IMG/VR virus record: IMGVR_UViG_3300020043_005514
Coordinates: 1 to 25,082 of that record
DNA: 25,082 bases
DNA from: a virus
Lineage: Duplodnaviria > Caudoviricetes
Direction: 5' to 3' (one strand)
A program made the position numbers and the translations under genes. Positions 1 through 4,947 of this stretch are shown here, in pieces. Under the pieces are notes generated by a model. The model did not search any database, was not told the DNA's origin, and saw only the letters and a program-made list of their open reading frames with translations. Numbering within the stretch: the first letter of the stretch is position 1; every line of letters begins with the position of its first letter.

Positions 1-2
1 AA

Positions 3-95
3 GTAGTAAATAAAGAAATGGAATTGGAGGCTGCGACAAATGATGCGAGGACTGCATTAAAACAACTGCAAGATGTTTTGGGTTTAGACGCATAA
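3..95 (+). CDS. 3' end of cassette hypothetical protein (...VVNKEMELEAATNDARTALKQLQDVLGLDA*), truncated by window edge
   Basis: Open frame from position 3; its TAA (93-95) lies within GCATAAC, the same arrangement as the other cassettes. Confidence 0.7.
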   Translation, partial: VVNKEMELEAATNDARTALKQLQDVLGLDA

Positions 96-212
96 CTAAG
101 CGCGTAAGGCGTGGCAACCCCGCGCTGATTTAAACATTAACACAGGAATCACGAATATGAGCAATGAGAAATTAGTGGCTGGGTTGTTATCGTTGTTGAG
201 CGAGAGTTAGGT
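90..212 (-). repeat. attC-like site 1 (123 bp, most degenerate)
   Basis: Plus strand GCATAAC...GGCAACCC / GGGTTGTT...GTTAGGT; imperfect arms; loop shares blocks with attC2 and attC5. Confidence 0.75.
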
Positions 213-226
213 TTTTGGAGATTGGT

Positions 227-409
227 ATGAAAATACTTAAAGAAGGTAAATTACCACAAGAAAAAACTTATACAGCAACTTGTCGAGATTGCAAGACTGT
301 TTTTGAGTTTAAGCAAAAAGAAGCAAAAATGAATTACGACCCAAGAGACGGCAACTACTTATCTGTAAATTGCCCCGTTTGTGGGAGGTTATCAACTCAT
401 GCTGTTTAG
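227..409 (+). CDS. Small zinc-ribbon-like hypothetical protein (60 aa)
   Basis: CRDC...CPVC cysteine pairs; GGAG RBS ahead of ATG 227 (preferred over TTG 215). Confidence 0.75.
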   Translation: MKILKEGKLPQEKTYTATCRDCKTVFEFKQKEAKMNYDPRDGNYLSVNCPVCGRLSTHAV

Positions 410-650
410 ACCTAAAATTGTCCGATTCAAAGATGGTGCTTATGCTATTAGATTTTTTACACTGTTTGGGTATGAGTACCTTGACTTAACGACAAATACA
501 ATTCTTACGCACAGATTGAAAGATGATAATTTCAAACATTGTAAAGGGGATTTTGCTGCGGTTAGTCAAAAAATTTCTTTTTTCTATCCCAAAAAAGAAA
601 AACACGATTGCGGAAAACCTGTAGATTTTGATTACGGCAGTAAAACCTAA
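399..650 (+). CDS. Cassette hypothetical protein (83 aa)
   Basis: GGGAGG RBS then ATG 399, overlapping the previous ORF; stop TAA inside ACCTAAC. Confidence 0.75.
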   Translation: MLFRPKIVRFKDGAYAIRFFTLFGYEYLDLTTNTILTHRLKDDNFKHCKGDFAAVSQKISFFYPKKEKHDCGKPVDFDYGSKT

Positions 651-766
651 CTACTAGGTTAAGCAGTGCTAACCCCACTGCTTTAATAAGCAAACTGGAG
701 TAAGTGAAAATGAATAATGAGAAATTAGAGGCTGGGTTAGCATCTGACTTGAACCGCGAGTTAGAC
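645..766 (-). repeat. attC-like site 2 (122 bp)
   Basis: Minus strand: R'' GTCTAAC-TCGCG-L'' GTTCAAGT-CAGATGCTAACCC...GGGTTAGCACT-L' GCTTAAC-CTAGTA-R' GTTAGGT; three unpaired bases (C,T,A) on the R'' arm. Confidence 0.92.
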
Positions 767-982
767 ACGACTAGCGATGAAAACGAAAAAGAGTTTTTTG
801 GATGGTGTGTGCTTGATAAATATGGCGTGAGTCGGCACGTTATTCCAGCTAGACAGCATTTTTTTGGGTGTATCAACACTAGAGACACTCTTGAGGAATC
901 TTCCCAAGTTTTGGAAGAATTTGATAGAGATTGTGCAGGACTTGCGCCGCATAAAATTTGCAAACTTTATATTAGTGTCTAA
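704..982 (+). CDS. Cassette hypothetical protein initiating inside attC2
   Basis: GGAG RBS and GTG 704/ATG 710 in the attC loop; N-terminus NNEKLEAGLASDLNRELD is partly the translated attC arm; TAA in GTCTAAC. Confidence 0.75.
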   Translation: MKMNNEKLEAGLASDLNRELDTTSDENEKEFFGWCVLDKYGVSRHVIPARQHFFGCINTRDTLEESSQVLEEFDRDCAGLAPHKICKLYISV

Positions 983-1095
983 CACACCGCAGTAAGGCGC
1001 AAGCACCAACAAACTACGATTAGCGAGAGGTTACTATGACAAAAGATAATACACAAGCGGATGAGTGCTTGTCGCACTTGACTGCTGAGTTAGGC
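977..1095 (-). repeat. attC-like site 3 (119 bp)
   Basis: Minus strand: GCCTAAC-TCAGCAGTCAAGTGCGACAAGCAC...GTGCTTGCGCCTTACTGC-GGTGT-GTTAGAC; unpaired C,T,A. Confidence 0.92.
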
Positions 1096-1293
1096 ACGTT
1101 AGAGTTTGGCGATAGGGTTGATTTTACAATTGATGGCGGCTTAGTTGGACGGATTCATTTTGATGAAATAAGCATTAAAGATGAGCTCGTGCGCGAAATT
1201 GATGCAGAGTTTAACTTGATAGCCAAAGACAACCCTGAGTCACTTGTGGAAATGTTCTTAGTAAAACACATACGGCTTAGAGCAAGTGCCTAA
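1036..1293 (+). CDS. Cassette hypothetical protein initiating inside attC3
   Basis: GAGAGG RBS and ATG in the attC loop; ECLSHLTAELG is the translated attC arm; TAA in GCCTAAC. Confidence 0.75.
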   Translation: MTKDNTQADECLSHLTAELGTLEFGDRVDFTIDGGLVGRIHFDEISIKDELVREIDAEFNLIAKDNPESLVEMFLVKHIRLRASA

Positions 1294-1385
1294 CTACCAA
1301 CGCATAAGCCGCAAATACCCTACAGCGGCTTTCTAAATTACGAAATAACCGATTGGGTATTTGTCGGTTTGATGCAGAGTTAGGC
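1288..1385 (-). repeat. attC-like site 4 (98 bp)
   Basis: Minus strand: GCCTAAC-TCTGCATCAAACCGACAAATACCC...GGGTATTTGCGGCTTATGC...GTTAGGC; unpaired C and A. Confidence 0.9.
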
Positions 1386-1418
1386 ACGAATAGCGATGAA
1401 TTTTTGACGTAGAGGTGA

Positions 1419-1598
1419 ATGATGGTTATTGGAAAAACGTATAAGTTTAAATGCTCGCCTGAGATTTTAATTTATATTGGTAAAAACTTTAGTGGGAACG
1501 GGTATTGGCATCAATTTGAAAAGGCAGATGCCAGAGGCAAGGTCTGGTGCGAACTACTAGACCGTGATTTAACGATGATTGAAGAAGTGACTGCCTAA
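1419..1598 (+). CDS. Cassette hypothetical protein, 59 aa (MMVIGKTYKFKCSPEILIYIGKNFSGNGYWHQFEKADARGKVWCELLDRDLTMIEEVTA); missed by the ORF track
   Basis: GAGGTG RBS; manual translation; TAA in GCCTAAC. Confidence 0.8.
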   Translation: MMVIGKTYKFKCSPEILIYIGKNFSGNGYWHQFEKADARGKVWCELLDRDLTMIEEVTA

Positions 1599-1714
1599 CT
1601 ACGCAATAAGGCGAAAGTACCCTACTGATTTAAACATTAACACAGAAAGCACAGGCGCGGAAAGATACACCATTATTAGCTGGGTACTTTTCGCACTTAA
1701 TTGCTGAGTTATAC
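1593..1714 (-). repeat. attC-like site 5 (122 bp)
   Basis: Minus strand: GTATAAC-TCAGCAATTAAGTGCGAAAAGTACCC...GGGTACTTTCGCCTTATTGCGTA-GTTAGGC; about 111/122 identical by manual alignment to 24814-24935. Confidence 0.92.
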
Positions 1715-1726
1715 ACGGGGATAGCG

Positions 1727-2152
1727 ATGAATACTGACGTAATGTTTTCAAGTGCTACGGATTTATGGGCAACGCCTAAAGAGTTTTTTGATAAGTACAA
1801 TGCTGTGCATGGCTTTGAATTAGATGTTTGCGCGAACGATGAAAATGCAAAGTGTGAGAAGTTTTACACGATTCTTGAAGATGGCTTAACGCAGGAATGG
1901 ACAGGCAACGTGTGGATGAACCCTCCTTATGGTCGCGAGATTGGCAAGTGGGTAAAAAAGGCATTTGAAAGTGTTTTTGTTGAAAAAACAGCAAAGAAAG
2001 TTGTTTGTTTGCTACCTGCAAGAACTGACACGCGATGGTTTCACGACTTTTGCACACAGGGAAACATTGAATTTATTAAGGGGCGTTTGAAGTTTGGCGA
2101 CTGTAAGAACCCTGCGCCATTCCCAAGTATGATAGTGATATTTGGTGTATAA
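1727..2152 (+). CDS. Phage N6-adenine DNA methyltransferase (phage Dam family), attI-proximal cassette
   Basis: WATP...FELDVCA, VWMNPPYG catalytic motif, LLPARTDTRWFH, FIKGRLKFG, APFPS. Confidence 0.93.
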   Translation: MNTDVMFSSATDLWATPKEFFDKYNAVHGFELDVCANDENAKCEKFYTILEDGLTQEWTGNVWMNPPYGREIGKWVKKAFESVFVEKTAKKVVCLLPARTDTRWFHDFCTQGNIEFIKGRLKFGDCKNPAPFPSMIVIFGV

Positions 2153-2219
2153 CTCGTATTAGGCCCCAAAATGACGTATAACACACGTTACAGAGTGTAG
2201 TTATACGTCAAATTACATT
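2147..2219 (-). other. attI-like array anchor, left copy
   Basis: Minus strand ends GCCTAATACGA-GTTATAC, resembling the attI1 core CCCTAAAACAAA-GTTRRRY; contains inverted repeat TGACGTATAAC-N17-GTTATACGTCA; 50/56 identical to 23854-23926 outside the N17 spacer. Confidence 0.72.
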
Positions 2220-2349
2220 GGGTGGTGTCAATGTTTGCACTGTTTATCTTTAGGATTGTCAATGCAGTATTGAATCCACCCAAACGGCGCATAAGACTCC
2301 CCACCAAGCACGGGCTTTAGCGTGTTGCTTGTCGTGCAAGCAGATAGCA

Positions 2350-2721
2350 TCACTGCCAAGCCAATAACTTTAACCATTTGCCATTGCATAGCATTGACTC
2401 CCATTTATAGTTTGTGTCTAACGGGCTAACAGGCCAGTCATAGCAGTTATCTAAAATAAAACTACCTTTGTCTGTATCTACCCACAATACACAGTGCCCG
2501 CTTCCATCTGGCATATAACACACGCACAAGCCTAGTTTGTCTTGTGGCCACCCTTGTTCTAGCAACAATTTACGTTTCAACAGCGCGTAGTCTTCACAGT
2601 CGCCAAAATCCGTTGGCAAACACCAATGCTCAGGTTTGTTGTACTGTTCTAAATCTGTTTTATAAGTGACTGACGCATTGACTTTCGAGTTAATGCGTTC
2701 AGCGATTGAGTAGCTATTCAC
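2350..2721 (-). CDS. Transglutaminase-like cysteine peptidase (BTLCP / peptidase C93, LapG-like)
   Basis: GDCEDYALLKRKLL..GW, GHCVLWV and ILDN motifs give a Cys-His-Asp triad; start GTG 2721 or TTG 2727 uncertain. Confidence 0.85.
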   Translation of the reverse strand: MNSYSIAERINSKVNASVTYKTDLEQYNKPEHWCLPTDFGDCEDYALLKRKLLLEQGWPQDKLGLCVCYMPDGSGHCVLWVDTDKGSFILDNCYDWPVSPLDTNYKWESMLCNGKWLKLLAWQ

Positions 2722-2863
2722 TAACAAACTCGGCAGGTATTTCGTCGCCTTCTTCGTAAATGAGGTATTCAGTGCCGTTGAATAAAATCAGCTTCGCATC
2801 GGACGGCATTGGCTCAATCGGCGTTACAACTTCGTTGATTACTGTAGCTGCAATAGTTTTCAT
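2714..2863 (-). CDS. Small acidic hypothetical protein, 49 aa (MKTIAATVINEVVTPIEPMPSDAKLILFNGTEYLIYEEGDEIPAEFVSE)
   Basis: Fills the gap exactly; TAATG coupling with the upstream gene and overlap with the downstream gene. Confidence 0.7.
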   Translation of the reverse strand: MKTIAATVINEVVTPIEPMPSDAKLILFNGTEYLIYEEGDEIPAEFVSE

Positions 2864-3699
2864 TACACCACCTCTACGAATAAATCTTCTAACGTTAGTG
2901 TATCCGTACCAACAGCTAACTGTCCTGTGATAGTTATGGTTGTTGCCGCAGAAGTATCTACGGTAAGTGAGGCAATTGAGCCTGGCGATGAGCCAATACC
3001 CGCAACTAAGCCGCTACTACATTTCTGAACTGACTCAGAGTTAATATTTCTAATAATGAGTAACCCACTATTATTTGGAACACTCTGAGAGGTCATTGTT
3101 GAACACAACATCCCACCGATATTCAAACGTAATGTTTTAACGTTAGCATTGTTTGTTGTTGCCCAAAGCGGATAGATTTTTAGTTTACCGTTTGCACCCA
3201 AAAGCCCAGCAGGAATTGTAATTGTTGCTGTTGCTAAAGTCACAACGCTAGTTGAGCCAGTCAAGGAAAATGGTGCAGATAAAGAAAAAATCTTAATTGG
3301 ATTTAGTCTTACCCAGTTTGTGCCATTGCCACGCCATAACGAGCCGTTTTCGCCAACGTCAGTTACACAAATAATTTGGCCGCTTGGAGCAACACTAGGC
3401 TTGTTAGCCCATGTGCTTCTCCCAACTCCGAGCCATTCCCAAGACGTACCATTTGACCGCATTTTAACTTGATATGTCGTGTTAAAAACCTCAGTGCCAC
3501 TCGGTACGCTAGCTGCATCGGGTAATTCTGCCTCTGTGTAATCAGTCGTAACAACAGTTACAGGCAAAGGATTGGCATAGCTCGCTGTTTTTAACTCACC
3601 ATCATTTAATGATGTAAAACCCGCAACCAATGCCACAGGCAAAGGATTGCTATGGTCAACAGTGATTAGTGTACCCGTCTCATCTAAAAATGCACTCAT
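2863..3699 (-). CDS. Putative tail fibre/virion accessory protein
   Basis: Thr/Ser/Gly-rich, beta-rich sequence; repeated NPLPV; located at the distal end of the tail module. Confidence 0.55.
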   Translation of the reverse strand: MSAFLDETGTLITVDHSNPLPVALVAGFTSLNDGELKTASYANPLPVTVVTTDYTEAELPDAASVPSGTEVFNTTYQVKMRSNGTSWEWLGVGRSTWANKPSVAPSGQIICVTDVGENGSLWRGNGTNWVRLNPIKIFSLSAPFSLTGSTSVVTLATATITIPAGLLGANGKLKIYPLWATTNNANVKTLRLNIGGMLCSTMTSQSVPNNSGLLIIRNINSESVQKCSSGLVAGIGSSPGSIASLTVDTSAATTITITGQLAVGTDTLTLEDLFVEVV

Positions 3700-3713
3700 A
3701 AAAACCTCTTTGT

Positions 3714-3812
3714 CTAAAATTTTCGTTTAACAATAAAATCATCAATAAGAGCAACAATGTTACCAGCACTAGCCCATTGTTCTGAGTAGTCTGGTTTTGT
3801 ATATTTTGCCAT
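3714..3812 (-). pseudogene. 32-aa fusion remnant MAKYTKPDYSEQWASAGNIVA-LIDDFIVKRKF
   Basis: Good RBS (AGAGGT); last 11 aa identical to the C-terminus of 3825-4427, with synonymous DNA differences. Confidence 0.65.
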
Positions 3813-3824
3813 TTTTACCTCTTT

Positions 3825-4427
3825 TTAAAACTTACGTTTAACGATAAAATCGTCAATCAACCCTGTCATACCTACAGAGCTTGGGAACGAGCCTATAATA
3901 AAACCATTGCTACCCCTCGCATAACCACCACTTGCAACAGTCGCTACTTCAACATCATCAACTTTTAGCGAGTATGTTGTACCCGTGAGAGACAAATTTA
4001 TTTTTGCTTGTCTGCCGACAAATGTAGTCGGGGCTGTATATTGCATCATAAGTGTATTATCTGCAGAGCGGACGTGTAGTGTTGTTGCACTATTAAAACG
4101 CAACAATAAACCAAGCGCGGCATCACTTGCGGTATGTACCCAAATGTATTGACCACTTGTATAAGTGACTTTACATTCAACCTCAAAATCTGAGCTAGAA
4201 AAGTCAAAATCGCTGCTCGCTGTATTTGCAGCGTCAGCTCTGATATAACCATTCCCCGCTAAATTAAGTTGATTGCTCAGTATTGCGCGAGTGCCTGATG
4301 CTGATAACGATGGTGTGTGTCTGCCTGTGCTGTCAATGATTGCTGAACCATTCGCACCGTTAAACTCTAAATTTAATACGGTGGTTAAACCTTGTTCCGA
4401 TTTATTAAGCAAAGCTAATGGAAACAT
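3825..4427 (-). CDS. Concanavalin A/LamG-like domain tail protein
   Basis: LNLEFNGANGS.IIDSTG, FDFSSSDFEVEC and G.IDDFIV motifs typical of phage LamG-like modules. Confidence 0.7.
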   Translation of the reverse strand: MFPLALLNKSEQGLTTVLNLEFNGANGSAIIDSTGRHTPSLSASGTRAILSNQLNLAGNGYIRADAANTASSDFDFSSSDFEVECKVTYTSGQYIWVHTASDAALGLLLRFNSATTLHVRSADNTLMMQYTAPTTFVGRQAKINLSLTGTTYSLKVDDVEVATVASGGYARGSNGFIIGSFPSSVGMTGLIDDFIVKRKF

Positions 4428-4428
4428 A

Positions 4429-4947
4429 TTAACCCCCTAATACTGTCCATGTATTGCTACCGCGATAAATCAGTGTTTTAATTTTAGCGTTAGCACTAAA
4501 AGCAAGCGTACCGTTTAGTGTCACACCGCTAGCAACCAATAATTGAGCAGCGTATGTGCCTGTAATGTGAATGGTCACGCTATCACCTACCGTCTTGCCT
4601 GTCGCTGTAGCCGCGTTAATGGTGATGCTAGTGAGTGAGTTATTCGATAACTCAATAATAGTATTACCGTTAGCTGTGACGGCACTCGCTGGCACTGTGT
4701 ACGTTGTATTAGCGTCTGTAACAAATTGATAACGGCTATTAGCGATTGATGTGTATGTTGTTTCTGCTGTAGCTGTTGTCAGATATGTACTTGCGGCTGT
4801 GGCTGCACTTAACAAGCCATCAATAATAAATGTTTTAACCGCGCTCAATAACGCATTAACATTACCACCGCTTTGCACCAATGGTATTAACTCAGTACCA
4901 CCTAACGTACCATTGCTTGATAACTCACTTATCTTTTTATCTGTCAT
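4429..4947 (-). CDS. Tail fibre-associated protein
   Basis: Probable start MTDKKISEL (ATGA overlap with upstream stop); KKISEL...GTELIPLVQSG N-terminus and NTWTVLG C-terminus resemble phage fibre/appendage proteins. Confidence 0.6.
   Translation of the reverse strand: MTDKKISELSSNGTLGGTELIPLVQSGGNVNALLSAVKTFIIDGLLSAATAASTYLTTATAETTYTSIANSRYQFVTDANTTYTVPASAVTANGNTIIELSNNSLTSITINAATATGKTVGDSVTIHITGTYAAQLLVASGVTLNGTLAFSANAKIKTLIYRGSNTWTVLGG

Larger units (their letters stand above)
1..2219 (-). mobile_element. Left integron-like cassette array (at least 6 cassettes: <1-95, 96-650, 651-982, 983-1293, 1294-1598, 1599-2152) anchored on attI-like site
   Basis: Five attC-like imperfect palindromes alternating with short ORFs. 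Each cassette has complementary core sites: GTTAGGTTTT/AAAACCTAAC, GTTAGACAC/GTGTCTAAC, GTTAGGCAC/GTGCCTAAC, GTTAGGCA/TGCCTAAC, GTTATACAC/GTGTATAAC. Confidence 0.9.

Noticed and set aside
90-1714. Repeats as a CRISPR array or REP elements
   Set aside because: Units are 98-123 bp divergent palindromes separated by whole ORFs, not constant repeats with short spacers; no cas genes; the asymmetric unpaired bases fit attC.
90-1714. Intergenic hairpins as rho-independent terminators
   Set aside because: Long loops, no poly-U tracts, and ORFs start inside them.
562-2057. Minus-strand ORFs 562-963, 761-1012 and 1776-2057 as the 'canonical' cassette genes
   Set aside because: They cross attC boundaries or shadow the methylase; the plus-strand ORFs have RBSs, recognisable motifs and boundary-aligned stops.
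2172-2210. Inverted repeat as a dif/Xer site or Pc-like promoter
   Set aside because: Spacer is 17 bp, not 6, with no XerD arm (TTATGTTAAAT); TTGACG has no correctly spaced -10 in either copy.
2231-2320. 29-aa plus-strand ORF MFALFIFRIVNAVLNPPKRRIRLPTKHGL and the following weak hairpin
   Set aside because: Too short, with no independent support; hairpin imperfect and without a U-tract.
3714-3860. DGR template/variable repeat pair
   Set aside because: Only ~35 bp, differences are synonymous and not adenine-specific, and there is no reverse transcriptase in the window.
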